Source: Octopus sinensis
Taxonomy: Eukaryota
DNA: 64,000 nt
Assembly: GCF_006345805.1 (NCBI RefSeq)
Contig: NC_043000.1
Location: forward strand, 111,972,001-112,036,000
Direction of reading: 5' to 3'
Positions 38,581-51,659 of this stretch are shown here, in pieces. Numbering within the stretch: the stretch's first letter is position 1; each line of letters starts with the position of its first letter. The notes under the pieces are model-generated. The model searched no databases. It saw only the letters and a program-made list of their open reading frames with translations, and was not told where the DNA came from. A program made the position numbers and the translations under genes.

Positions 38581-39031
38581 GTAAGTTTTTGTATTTGGTT
38601 TGCAAAGTTCTTGTTGTGAAATTGTGTGTTGAAACAAATTTTGTTGTATCTTGGGAGGGCCATTATACTAATAATAAACACATGCACAGGTTCTTGTTCA
38701 CTTCTTTCATTATTGTCAGTCAGTTGGTTAACTAATTAGATAATTGATTGCTTGAATAACCATTTAGTTCCTCAATCAATCAGTTAGGTTTGTCAAAGTC
38801 CTTTCATCAACCTGAAGTAGAGTTAGCATTTTAATGAAGAGATGTGGGAATGGCTGTGTAGTAAGTAGCTTACTTACCAACCACATGGTTCCAGGTTCAG
38901 TCCCTCTGCGCGGCACCTTGGGCAAGTGTCTTCTACTATAGCCTTAGGCCGACCAAAGCTTTGTGAGTGGATTAGGTAGACAGTAACTGAAAGAAACCTG
39001 TCATTTATATGTATATATATATATATATATA

Positions 39032-39388
39032 CATCCAAGGCTTGGGCCCCGTGCCATCCGCCCAAAACAAAAATCACACTCTCATCTCATAACAACAATA
39101 CGGCACAATTATTTCACCTCAATTGGCCCCGCTCTCTTTAACATTACACCAAAACACATTAAAACAGAAACTGACCCTATAGGGTTCAAGAAGTCTTTGG
39201 ACAGATTCCTTCAAGAAATCCCGGATAAACCCCCTACACCCGGATATGTCTCTGTAAACAATAACTCTCTACTTGAGTGGGCCATAGTGCCCAAATTCTG
39301 ACTTGAAAGACTTCACCAGGTGGTGCTATTAAGTTAGACATGGCCTGGGCCAATAATGGCCGAAACCTATCAAAGTATCAAAGTAAAG
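39032..39388 (+). mobile_element. CR1/L2-group LINE 3' end nested inside a SINE
   Basis: Uninterrupted 89-codon frame 39032-39301 (HPRLG...GPALFN...FKKSLDRFLQEIPDKP...NNSL) and TATCAAAG tail repeats. Confidence 0.75.
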
Positions 39389-39393
39389 TGTAT

Positions 39394-39452
<59 letters not shown>

Positions 39453-40741
39453 GTGTGTATATGTTTGTGTGTCTGTGTTCCTCCCCCCAACATCGCTTGA
39501 CAACCTATGGTGGTGAGTTTACGTCCCCGTAACTTAGCGGTTCAGCAAAAGAGACCGATAGAATAAGTGCTAGGCTTCTAAAGAATAAGTCCTGGGGTCG
39601 TTTTGCTCGACTAAAGGCAGTGCTCCAGCGTGGTCGCCGTCAAATGACTGCAACAAGTAAAAGAGTAAAGAGAGTAGGTCACAAATGTCTACAAAAGGTC
39701 TTTGACAAATATAACTGAGTGATTGATTAACCAAACAATCAATTAGTTAATTAGTCAAATAATTAACAAATAATAAAGAAGTGAAATAGAACTAGTTTAT
39801 GTATTTATTTTTAGTACAATGATCCTCCCTAGACTCAACAACAAAAGATAAGATTTTGATGTTCACAAACCATATATTTATACGAGTGTGGAACTGTAAT
39901 TTTGTGACTTTCCTGCATTTTTCAATAATAATAACAATATGGTGTGAAGTGGCTGCAAGTCTGAACTAAAATGAAATGAAACCGACTGATGAAGCCTTAA
40001 ACGTTTCACTAAAGTTCTCACTGGAACGTCAAAGTCCTCGTATTGATGCTAGTTCTTAGTTCTGTACAAACATCCCAAAGGACATCGCTTCAATGTTGCT
40101 TGCTGCTCATCTAAGAGAAGGTAACTCCTTCGTCATGATAACCACTGGACTCATCGCACTAGAGTCCACCAGGCCAGTAAAAGTTCGAAGAACGAGAGTG
40201 GGACTATCTCTGCACTAACCATGCCCACCACCACCACCACCACCACTACCACCACCACCACTACTACTGCTGCTACTGCTGCTGCTGCTGCTATACAACA
40301 ACAACAATAACAATAAGAACACAACCCGTGCTAGCGCGGAAAACGGACGTTAAACGATGATGATAATGATGATGAATAACAACATCATCATCATCATCAT
40401 CGTTTAACGTCCGCTTTCCATGCTAGCATGGGTTGGACGGTTCAACTGGGGTCTGGGAAGCCCGAAGGCTGCACCAGGCCAGTCAGATCTGGCAGTGTTT
40501 CTACAGCTGGATGCCCTTCCTAACGCCAACCACTCCGTGAGTGTAGTGAGTGCTTTTATATGCCACCGGCACAGGTGCCAGACGAGGCTGGCGAACGGCC
40601 ACGCTCGGACGGTGTTTTTTACGTGCCACCGGCACGGAGGCCAGTCAATATAATTATTATTATTATTATTATTGTGCAGGTTGTTTAGGAAAACAAGACG
40701 CCAGCACCAAAGCCAACACTATCAGACCTCCTTCATAAGTA

Positions 40742-41151
40742 GAGTAGCGTAACTGGGGATGGGGTGGGGCAGTGCCCCAGGTGCCAATTTAAGGGGGGCA
40801 CCTCATCAAAAGCAAGAAAGATGAGACTTTAAATAATTGTTTTTTTTTTTTATTACATTTCATTTCACACATCAGGGGTATTTTTAATGTTTCAATCGGG
40901 GAAGCCGGTGCATTAAACGGTTAAAATAATGAGGTTTCATAAAAGCAAACATGTAAAAAATATATTTTGAATTACAGGCTGTACCGAAACGATAGGTAAA
41001 TGAACCCTGGTAAAGTATCTATTCCAAAAATATTGCTTTAAAATATTACTTGTAATAAATAAATATTATATAATATCGTGGATTTTGTAATGGTGGGGGT
41101 GTGTATTTTTGCGGCTTACCCTGGGTGCAGTTTACCCCAGCTACGCCACTA
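40742..41151. mobile_element. hAT-type MITE
   Basis: TIR AGTAGCGTAACTGGGG / CCCCAGCTACGCCACT; 8-bp TSD CATAAGTA (40734-40741, 41152-41159). Confidence 0.8.
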
Positions 41152-41771
41152 CATAAGTAAAATAGTGATAGAAAAAGAGGCAACGGGTGACAGGTAGAAG
41201 ATGCTATTGGAAGTCTTCAACTTTGTCCCTGGACACAGGCAGCCATAGGATAATGTTTTCCACAGAGCTGGGGCAGGTTTAGAATTTATACTCTCCTCAG
41301 GTGATGGAGCAGATCTCTTCAGGAACAGTTTGGAACAGGAGACTGAAAAATGAACCCTAGACATCACTGCATCTTGCTGGACTCTCATCAAAGCATTGAG
41401 GGAGTTCAAGAGCAGTGATCTTAGTATTGTGCAGATGTTAAATGATGATGATGGTGATAATTCTACTATTTGAAGGTGGCGAGCTGGCAGAAACGTTAGC
41501 ACACCGGGCGAAGTGCTTCGCAGTATTTTGCCTGTCGCTATGTTCTGAGTTCAAATTCCACCAAGGTCAACTTTGCCTTTCATCCTTTTGGGGTCGATAA
41601 ATTAAGTACCAGCTTATGCACTGGGGTTGATGTAATCGACTTAATCCATTTGTCTGTCCTTGTTTGTCCCCTCTATGTTTAGCCCCTTGTGGGTAATAAA
41701 GAAACAGATGGTGATGAGTCTACTATTTGATATGAAACCAATCATGTTTCTTTTGTTGCGTTTTTCCACAG

Positions 41772-41835
41772 AGGTGATGCCAGCACTGGTGCTTGCAGGA
41801 AAGGCATGAAGTATTTGGACCATGCAACAGTCGAG
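41772..41835 (+). CDS. OSBPL1A: OSBPL1A exon 9, PH domain (RGDASTGACRKGMKYLDHATVE)
   Basis: ccacag acceptor, gtgagt donor, 64 nt, phase 2 to 0; R.G.K.L..A motif. Confidence 0.88.
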
Positions 41836-41884
41836 GTGAGTTCTTGTACCATTCTGGGACATATTTGCATAAACTTTTGTCTCT

Positions 41885-42130
41885 GTCAACATCACAGTTG
41901 CACCATCATCATCGTTGTCATCATCAACAACATCAACATGACTACCATCATCTTCCTTGCCTTGTCACTATCATCACCACCATCACTGCCACCACCACTG
42001 CCACCTCCAACACCATCACCACCACTGCCACCACCACTACCACCATCACCACCATCACCAACACCACCACCACTGCTGCCACCAACACATTCACCACCAC
42101 CACCACCACCACCATCATCACGATCATCAT
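41885..42130. repeat. (CAT/CAC)n trinucleotide tract just downstream of exon 9
   Basis: Direct reading; similar tracts at 3965-4080, 32835-32940 and 60020-60325. Confidence 0.9.
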
Positions 42131-43540
42131 TTTATGTTTGTTTTCCATGCTGGCATGGGTTGGATCAGTCCTCTTAACTGTTCGATTAAGTTCTTAATTG
42201 CTGTCACTGTCCACAAAATGGTTTGGTGGAATCACGTCTTGCTTCTTGTGTGTTTCAATTTTTAGTATCAATTTTTACAGCCAGAAGGCCCTTTCTGGTG
42301 TGATCTGTTTCATAGAGCGAGGAAATATACAAGCAAGGTCGTCGCCAGTGCCGCTGAACTGGCTCCTGTGCAGGTGGCACATAAAAAGCACCAATTGGGC
42401 ATGGCCGTTGCCAGTTCCACCAAACTGGCCCTCGTCCCAGTGGCACGTAAAAGCACCCACTACACTCATGGAGTGGTTGGCGTTAGGAAGGGCATCCAGC
42501 TGTAGAAACACTGCCAGATCAGATTGGAGTTTGGTTCGCCAGACCTCAGTGAAATCGTCCAACCCATGCTAGCATGGAAAGCAGACGTTAAATGATGATG
42601 ATGATGATGATGAACTGGGTACATTTTAATCACAGTAACGCCACAAAAGAAGTTGTTGGCATCATTGCTGTGACTAAAGGACCATCTCGGTGCCACAGTG
42701 GTTCCATTTGCTTATGTCAGTATGATCAAGATGCAGTAAAGTGGGAGGAGAGAGAGAAAGAGAGTAGGGTAAGTGGGTGATAGTATGAGTGAGAATATGA
42801 TGGGAGGAAAGAATAAGTGTGTTGTAAGGGTGGTGGAGGGAGCGTGGTGGGAAAGTGGCAGTGCTGAGTGGTGTAGGAGACTGACTAGAGAAATAATAGG
42901 AGTGGTTTTGTGTGGTAGCAATTGGTGGTGGTAGGAGTTGTAATGATGGAGAGGGAGAGATGGATAGCTACGGATGGGTGATGGTAAGAGTAGCTGGGGA
43001 ATGAGGTAACTTAAGACAGACAGTGATACCTACTTGTTGGTTGTTGGTTGGAAAGGAGACAGGATGTACTGTATGATGGGATAGCGATAAAGATGTCTCA
43101 TGGTAAGAGAGAAAGAGTGAGGAATGGATTGTAACAGCGATTGAAATGGTATATACCACATTTCTCACTATTGGTACACTTATATTCTTTTCAAAAAATA
43201 TAACTAAAAAATAAACTAAAAGTATAAGGAAAAAAAAATTATATTTCAGGTTACACTGTGGCACACCTAGCATCATCTCATGGCACACTAGTGTGCCACG
43301 GCATGGTTTTCTATGGCTGGATGCCCTTCCTAATGCCAACCACTCCAAGAGCTTCGGTGCCATTTGTGTGAGACCAGGGTGTGTTTACGTGCCACCAGCA
43401 AGGGTGCCAATTTGCATGGCACCAGTATCTGCTGTGACTGGGATTTTACTTGGCTTGATGGGTCTTCTTCTCAAGTACAACATAATACCAAAGGTCTCGG
43501 TCATTGCCTCCATAAGGCCCAATGTGTGTGTGTATGTATA

Positions 43541-43575
<35 letters not shown>

Positions 43576-45457
43576 CTCCTTTTCTTTTATTCTTTTACTT
43601 GTTTCAGTCATTTGATTGCAGCCATGCTGGAGCACCACCTTGACCCCAGCACTTATTTCTTAAGCCTAGTACTTATTCTATTGGCCTCTTTTGCCAAAGC
43701 GCTAAGTTACGGGGACATAAACACACTAACACTGGTTGTCAAGCAGTGATGGGGGAACACACACACACACACATTGAAGTTGAAGGGGCATGTTCCAGTG
43801 GTTAGGGGTGTTGCGTTTACAATCACTACATGGGTTTGGTTTCCAGACTGACCAGTATGGTATGTTCTTGAGCAAAACACTTCATTTTACGTTGCTCCAG
43901 TCTACTCAGCTGTGAATGGGTTACCCTGCAACAGACCAGCCTTCTGACCAGGGCCAATGATGGCCTGTTCACTGAGGCAGCAAGGCGGCATCATTTGAAA
44001 GCTAAAACAATGGGAAGCAATATATAACAACATCCGATTGTTTGGTCGATCACATGTGTGTGTGTGTGTGTGTGTGTGTGTAGGCATAATCGTCATCATC
44101 ATCATTATTATCATTTCAACATCTCCTTTTCGTTGCTGGCATGGGTCAGCCAAAATTCCTTGAGGTAAATTTCCTGTAACTGGATGCTTTTCCTGTCACC
44201 TGCCTTCATCTATTTCCAAGCAAAGTAATATATCCTCTAATCCTTCAAATACAATCAGCTCACTAACCAGATATTTTTCATGGAGGATTACAAATCAAAC
44301 CCATTGCTTGTACAGCTTGATTGGCTTCTTTCATCTTTAGATCAATGATATTACAAAGACAGTAACTTAACCAATTCTGCTGTGCCTGGGCTGTTTGCAG
44401 AAGCAAGTGCCTAGCCTGGGGAACACTTGACCATATCCCCACTCATAGATACACCATGATGGAAAGACAAGTCAATAGATTTGCAGCATCTGAGGGGTTG
44501 TAAGGGATGCCAGATAATGGTTAAAAATAATTGTACATACCTACTACATGCTCTCTCCCTCCAGATATTCTTCAGAGATTTACTCCCTTAGCCTTTATAA
44601 ACGCTCAATAAATTGACCCCCTAAGGCAGCAGGGGTTTCTTTTATTATAGTGGTCATGAAGGCAGCAAGCTGGCAGAATCGTTAGCACACTGGGTGAAAT
44701 GCTTTGCTGAATTTCGTCTGCCGCTACGTTCTGAGTTCAAATTCTGCCAAGGTCGACTTTGCCTTTCATCCTTTCAGGGTCAGTAAATTAAGTGCCAGTT
44801 GAGCACTGGGGCTGATATAATCAACTTAACCCCTACCTCAAAATTTCAGGCCTTGTACTTCTAATAGAAAGGATTATTGTAGTGGTCATAGTTTGTGAAG
44901 AGCCAGTTCCATTCTCTCATCCTTCAAACTTGTATTGGTCTGGTGCAGCAAGTACCATGAGTCCAGGAGCTACCAGGATAAAGGAGTTTCTCCTTTCAGA
45001 AGAGCAACTAAAAAATGGAAGGGCATCATCTGCTCTGGGTCTCTTGCAGGTGTCAGTAAGTGACCCTGTTTGATGGTGGCATGTTTTTACAATTAGTATA
45101 TGATGTCGGTATAAGATGCCGCAAGCACAAACACTCATCTACGCACTCCCATCATCATCATCATCATTTAACATCTGTTGTCCATGCTGGCATGGGTTCG
45201 ACAGTTTAACCAGGGCTGGCAAGTTGGAAGGCTAGTCCTTGGTACAATATTATACATTTGAAAAAATGAATAGAAATTGCTTTTCCAATAATTTTTCCAC
45301 TTTATTAATTAGATGTTTCTAAGTTATTACTTAATAATTTATGAACACCTAATTATTAAAGCAGGAAAATTATCAGAAAAGCTGTTTCTATTCATTTTTC
45401 GAATATGTATAAATATATATGTGTGTGTGTATGTATGTATGTATGTATATATATATA

Positions 45458-45522
<65 letters not shown>

Positions 45523-45886
45523 TTATATGTGTGGGTGTGGGTGTGTGTATCAGCATCATCATCGTTTAATTTCCGTTTTCCATGCTGGCAAGGGTTGGAC
45601 GGTTTGATCGGGGTCTGGGAAGCCAGGAGGCTGCACCAGGCTCCAGTCTGATCTGGCAGTGTTTCTACAGCTGGATGCCCTTCCTAACGCCAACCACTCC
45701 ATGAGTGTAGTGGGTGCATTTTACGTGCCACTGGCACAGGGGCCAGAGAAGGCTAGCAAATGGCCACGATCGGTTGGTGCTTTTTTATGTGCCACCAGCA
45801 TGGAGGCACGGGTGTCTTAACTACAGTTTCCATTTGATATTTATTTTGATGTTGGTGTTGACGTACTTGACTCAATAGGTCTCCTC

Positions 45887-45919
<33 letters not shown>

Positions 45920-45981
45920 CAACTAACTCCTTTGTGTTTGTATGCATGGGCCGTGACCATGCTAGAGCATTTCTTTCATCT

Positions 45982-46213
45982 TGAACCCTTTCATTACCAA
46001 CCCGGCTGGAACTGGCTCTGGCTCTGAGTACAAATGCCTTTGTTTCCCTAAGTTTTGTTTTAAAATCTTCCGCCAAACCTTAGTCACAATTTATGTTGCT
46101 AACACTAGCTTAATGATAACCAAATTATTTTACTAAATTCTTTGTTATATTTAAAGTAATTGAAAGAAATCTGACAGAGCATCTCAAAATAAATACAGTA
46201 ACAAAAGGGTTAA
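45982..46213. mobile_element. piggyBac-like MITE, family G
   Basis: Ends TGAA-CCCTTT...AAAGGG-TTAA; homologous copies at 51869-52083 and 52164-52365. Confidence 0.7.
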
Positions 46214-47297
46214 TGTTTAAAGGCTTCCATCCCCCACCAATATCCTCACCTCCCAACCCCATATTTCTTTATTGCCCACAAGGGGCTAAACATAGAGGGG
46301 ACAAACAAGGACAGACAAAGGGACTAAGTTGATTACATCGACCCCCAGTGCGTAACTGGTACTTAATTTATCGACCTCGAAAGGATGAAAGGCAAAGTCA
46401 ACCTCAGCGGAATTTGAACTCAGTACGTAACAGCTGACAAAATACCGCTAAGCATTTCGCCAGGCGTGCTAACGATTCTGCCAGCTCACCGCCTTAATAT
46501 TTCTTTTAACCCCATATTTCTTTTACCAGTCTCAGAAAGGTTAAAAACCGAGCCAAGCGAGGCAAGATTTAATATCAGTATAGAAAGGGACGTAATCAAA
46601 TACAGCAGGTTACTTCATACAACGCTCTACTGGTTCCACCAACGAAGCACTCCACTCGGGCGCGTAGCTGTATTTAGTCATGCACACAAAAGAGAGGTGT
46701 AGAGGAAGGAAGGAAGGAAATAGTTTGTTGTGAACTAGTATTTTGTAAATAATTGAGTTGGTGTCACAGTGATTGTAGGACAGGACAATATTTTAGCATA
46801 TAATAGTTTGGGTCTGTGTTTGTTTCTCAATTTTCTGAATACTCAACAAGGAAAATGACTGAACAGAGGTTAGTGACATTTTTTTGTGTTTTATGCTTTT
46901 AAAATATTTCTAGTATTATAGAACAGTAACGATAATAATAATAATAATAATGATCATAATAATAATAATAATAATAAACTAATAATAACTATGATAATAA
47001 TCGTTCTTAGTAGAATATTTTTTTCTCTAACATAAGCAAAATGCCTGAAATTTTGCGAGGGAAGAGAACCATTGGGAACCATCAGTTGTATCAATTCCAG
47101 TACTCGACTAGTACTCTATATCATCAGCCTCAGAGGAATAAATTAGGGGAGCAGGGACAGTTGATATGACGATAGTCTATCAATCTCAGAAGACACAGTC
47201 GGCTTTGGTGGGATTTGAACTCAGAATATCAAAAGCCAAAACAAATGCTGCAATGTATTACGTTTGCTATGTGAATGAATTTGTCAATCCAATGTCT

Positions 47298-47335
<38 letters not shown>

Positions 47336-47785
47336 ATAATCCTTTCTGTTATCAGCACAAGGCCAGCAAGTTTGAGGGAAGGGGCTAAGTTGATTACATC
47401 GACCCCAGTGCTCAGCTTGTACTTATTTCATCAACCCTGAAAGGATGAAAGGCTAAGTTGAACCTGGTGGAATTTGAACTCAGAATGTAAAGGGGCCAAA
47501 CAAATATTGCTATTGTAGGAAATCTGCCAGTTTACCACAGGTACAAAGCCAGCAATTTTAGGGGGAAGAGAGTGGGGGCTAGTCAATTAAAATCAACCCC
47601 TGTACATGACTGGTACTTTGTTTTATTGACACCTGAAAAGATGTAAAACAAAGTTGATCCCAGTGGGAATTGAATGTAAAGAGCAAATACCAAAAGGCAT
47701 TTTATGTAACACTCAAAGACTTCAGCCAATGCAATAATAATGATAATAATAATAATAATAACAATAATAATAATACTAATGATAA

Positions 47786-48186
47786 TAGTCAGAGATCATG
47801 AAGAAAAAAAATGCTTTCTAATTGATGCATTAATACCAGCAGATGACGTGTCTCTAAAAGAAATGGAGAAACTTTCAAAATACAAAGACCTGGAAATAGA
47901 GGTAACTCGAATGTGGGATCTAAAAACAGAAACAATTCCTATCATAGTAGGCGCATTAGGTATTATAAAAAAATATTCAGACAAATACATAACAAAAACA
48001 CCAGGACTTACGAATATATATAACATACAGAAAATTGCACTACTAGGCACTGCACACATACTACGCAAAACACTTTCAATACAGTAACCATAAGAGCATC
48101 ACAACAAATCACAGCACATACCCAAGGCACACAGAACTGCACTTGGTAGTGAAGTGAAAGTACGCTATAAAAAAAACTACTGAATG

Positions 48187-48190
<4 letters not shown>
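47786..48190 (+). mobile_element. Dong/R4-like 3' fragment, same family as 34330-34890
   Basis: ORF 47740-48087 nearly identical in translation; (TAA)n on both sides. Confidence 0.85.
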
Positions 48191-48228
<38 letters not shown>

Positions 48229-48254
48229 GTAATAATAATGATAATAATGATGAT

Positions 48255-48626
48255 AATAAAAGAGACCAATACTGTCAAATCATTGATGTGGCCATACCAA
48301 ATGACATGAATGTTGTGAGTAAAAAGGTTGAAAAACAATCACCAAGTACCCCGAATTGAAAGTGAAAATGGCAAGACTGTATGGAATGCGAGAGGGTAAT
48401 GTAAAAGTGATACCAGTGGTGATTGGAGCGTTGGGCTCAATCCCACTGAAACTTCAAGACTCCTTAAGGCAACTAGAAATCCCATGCAAGATTGATGTCT
48501 TGCAAGAAGCAGGCTTATTGGGCACAGCAGACACCTTAAGGAAAGTATTATCTGTCTGAGGTCCTTGTTGTGACTTGACAGATGACTAAAAACTCTAGTG
48601 CATTTTTACTTACACTGTGTTATGAG

Positions 48627-48630
<4 letters not shown>
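48255..48630 (+). mobile_element. Second, divergent Dong/R4-like 3' fragment
   Basis: IIDVAIPND...KY.ELKVKMARLY...VIPVVIGALG; flanked by (TAA)n. Confidence 0.75.
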
Positions 48631-48661
<31 letters not shown>

Positions 48662-48896
48662 GTAATCCTTTCTTAATATAGGCACAAGTCTTGAAGTTTG
48701 TGGGAGGGGACTAGTCGATTACATCGCCCCCATGTTTCACTGGTACTTACTTTATCAATCCTGAAACGATGAAAGGCAAAGTCAACCTCACCAGAATTTG
48801 AACTCAGAACGTAAAGATGGGGCAAAATACCGCTGAACATTTTGCCTAACATGCTAACAATTCTGCTAGTCCACTGCCTTAATAATAATAATAGTA

Positions 48897-48927
<31 letters not shown>

Positions 48928-48990
48928 TAATCTAATCATAATAATATTTCTAATTTATGTTCAAGATTTAATTTGTTACATTATACATAC

Positions 48991-49023
<33 letters not shown>

Positions 49024-49029
49024 TGTATG

Positions 49030-49680
49030 GGCAACCCCACCAAGCTTGCTTGGTGAGGAGGGTGTTTATTGGACACCCTGCGGGATGAAAAACAAAACCC
49101 GTCAAAGGGCGGAGGAACTCTTGAGAGTCAACGGCCATCCAATAAATGTCTTAAGGCTGTATCATGTGCGGGGACATAGAAATAATCGGACTGAATACCC
49201 GATCGCGCGGTTAAACCATTGGGAGTGTAGGACTCCTAGCCTTTGTTAGGGCATCCTTCTAGGAGAAGGTAACTCAGGTAACTGGGATAACTCCGACATA
49301 AAACCTGCGACTCAGTGGTTACCGATGATGTTGACTTGTTCTTCATTTCGGATTATGGCTGCTGTTGCTTAGTGAGTGGGATTGACTCAGTGCACAGCCT
49401 TTCCTCACTTTAAAAAAAATCTTCTTGCACCGGCATTGCACAATAACAACATTTATTAAGCTTCGCGCAATGGCCATACTCGATAACGAAGGGGAAGCCA
49501 CCATGTATGTATGTATTTATCTATGTATGTATGTATGTATTTCAGTAAAGGTCTTAGTTGCCAATTTTGTACAAGACATTGTAGATCTTTAGCTGGGCTA
49601 AAAAGTCACATTCGATCACAGCACCAGTAACCATTAAGCTTCATGCAATGGCCATACTCGATAACGAGGGGGCAGCCATA
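49030..49680 (+). mobile_element. Bipartite RTE-like element plus second short RTE 3' end, embedded in (TATG)n
   Basis: RTE 5'UTR-like hairpin CCTTCT-AGG-AGAAGG; 3' end attaagcttc(g/a)(c/t)gcaatggccatactcgataacga occurs twice; second copy preceded by C..C.R.C...AGLKSHIRSQH remnant. Confidence 0.6.
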
Positions 49681-50380
49681 ATAATGTATGTATGTATATA
49701 TGTATGTATGTATGTATTTATGTATGTATGTATGTGTATATGTATGTATGTATTTATATATGTATGTATGTATATATGTATCTATGTATGTACGTATGTA
49801 TGTATGTATATATGTACATATGTATGTAGGTATGTATGTATGTATATATGTATGTAGGTATGTATGTAAGCATGTATGTACGTATGTATGTATGTATATC
49901 TGTATCTATGTACGTATGTATGTATGTATGCATACATGTATGTATATATGTACGTATGTAGGTAGGTATGTATGTAAGCATGTATGTATGTAGGTATGTA
50001 TTTATGTATGCATGTATGTGTATATGTACATATGTATGTACATATGCATGTATATTTATATATGTATGCATGTATATATATATGTAGGTATGTATATATG
50101 TACGTATGTATTTAGGTATGTAGGTATGTATGTATATACGTACATATGTATGTAGCTGTATATGTATGTTTGTAGGTGTTTATATATATATATGAATGTA
50201 TGTATGTAGGTAGGTAGGTATGTAGGTATTTATATATGTGTATGTATGTATGTATGTAGGTAGGTATGTATATAGGTATGTATGTAGGTAGGTATTTATA
50301 TGTATATGTATGCATGTATGCATGCATGTATGTATGTATGTATATATGTAGGTACGTATGTTTGTAGGTATGTATGTATT
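49500..50380. repeat. Long degenerate (TATG/TAGG/TA)n microsatellite
   Basis: Direct reading. Confidence 0.95.
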
Positions 50381-50923
50381 GTCTGAATATGAAGAACAGG
50401 GAAATATCAATATGGATCATAGTTTTTTTATTATATTTATTAGAATCTGATAACTTCACTAATTGTTTACTCCAAGTTACACTTTTCCAATATTTGGATA
50501 ATAAAAACATTAAGAAAGAACTGCCAGCTTTTATGTTTGGTCTGGAGTTGTTGAAGGGAAAAAAAAACAGAACACTACAAATTCTTCTGGATGGTCTACT
50601 GATGGAGATGGCTACCTTTGTTGTGTTTTGTACGCCTCAGCCTCAGCAGACGTAGACGATGAGGTGGGTTACATTGTGGATGTGTGAGTACTTGCTTTAT
50701 AAAGAGAGGGACATAGAAACGTATGTGTGTGTGTGTGTGTGGTATAGTGTAGGTTAGCTGTCTGAGGGACAAAAGTACATTGTCAGTTGTTTGTCTGTGA
50801 GGAGACATTCCTTTCAAACAGACAACTACTTTATCCTTTATTCATATTTCTCAATGACTTCATATTGCAGATGATAAATTATTTGATTAATTAATTAATT
50901 AATTAAATGGCTTTATATTGCAG

Positions 50924-51022
50924 ACATTTGAAAATTTGCCGGCTCAGTTCAAAATTAAATTTTCAGATGGGACATCACACACTTTGTCAGTCGGTCCACA
51001 GGCAAACAGTTTACTAAAACAG
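50924..51022 (+). CDS. OSBPL1A: OSBPL1A exon 10, PH domain (TFENLPAQFKIKFSDGTSHTLSVGPQANSLLKQ)
   Basis: ttgcag acceptor, gtaacg donor, 99 nt, phase 0 to 0; F.IKF.D.T.H.L motif. Confidence 0.85.
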
Positions 51023-51451
51023 GTAACGTAACATTCCCCTTGTTTGCTGACCCCGAAAATATATAAAATGAAATTTAATCCCCCTCTGCTGCTGATTCGC
51101 AAATACCTTAATTTCCTTGCATCAGTAATGGCTGTGAGATCAACGTAGCCATGAATCCATACTGTCTTAGCAGAAACATTGCAAAGAAAAGAAACCTTAT
51201 ATTAGATTCTTTTATTCCAGTCATTTGACTGTGGCCATGCTGGAGCACCGCATTTAGTTGAGCGAATCAACCCCGGGACTTATTCTTTGTAAGCCTAGTA
51301 CTTATTCTATCAGTCTCTTTTTTCTGAACCACTAGGTTACAGGGAACGTAAACACACCAGCATCGGTTGCCAAGCGATGCTGGGGGGACAAGCACAGGCA
51401 CAAAGATATGCATATACATATATATATGTATATATATATGTATACATACAT

Positions 51452-51492
<41 letters not shown>

Positions 51493-51659
51493 ACTCCTTT
51501 CAGCTTCCGTCTACCAAATCCACTCACAAGGCTTTGGTCGGCCCGAGGCTATAGTAGACACTTGCCCAATGTATGACAATTTGGAACTGAACCTGGAACC
51601 ATGTGGTTGGTAAGCAAGCTACTTACCACACAGCTGTAGACAAATTCATTAGGTTTCTT

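Noticed and set aside
39975-40030. CTGATGAAG hammerhead-like core
   Set aside because: No complementary stem II closure followed by GAAA at a suitable distance.
49648-50510. Long Y/V/C/M or H/T/Y/I ORFs (also 60674-61322, 6201-6641, 18459-18851, 2006-2450)
   Set aside because: Translations of stop-free microsatellites.
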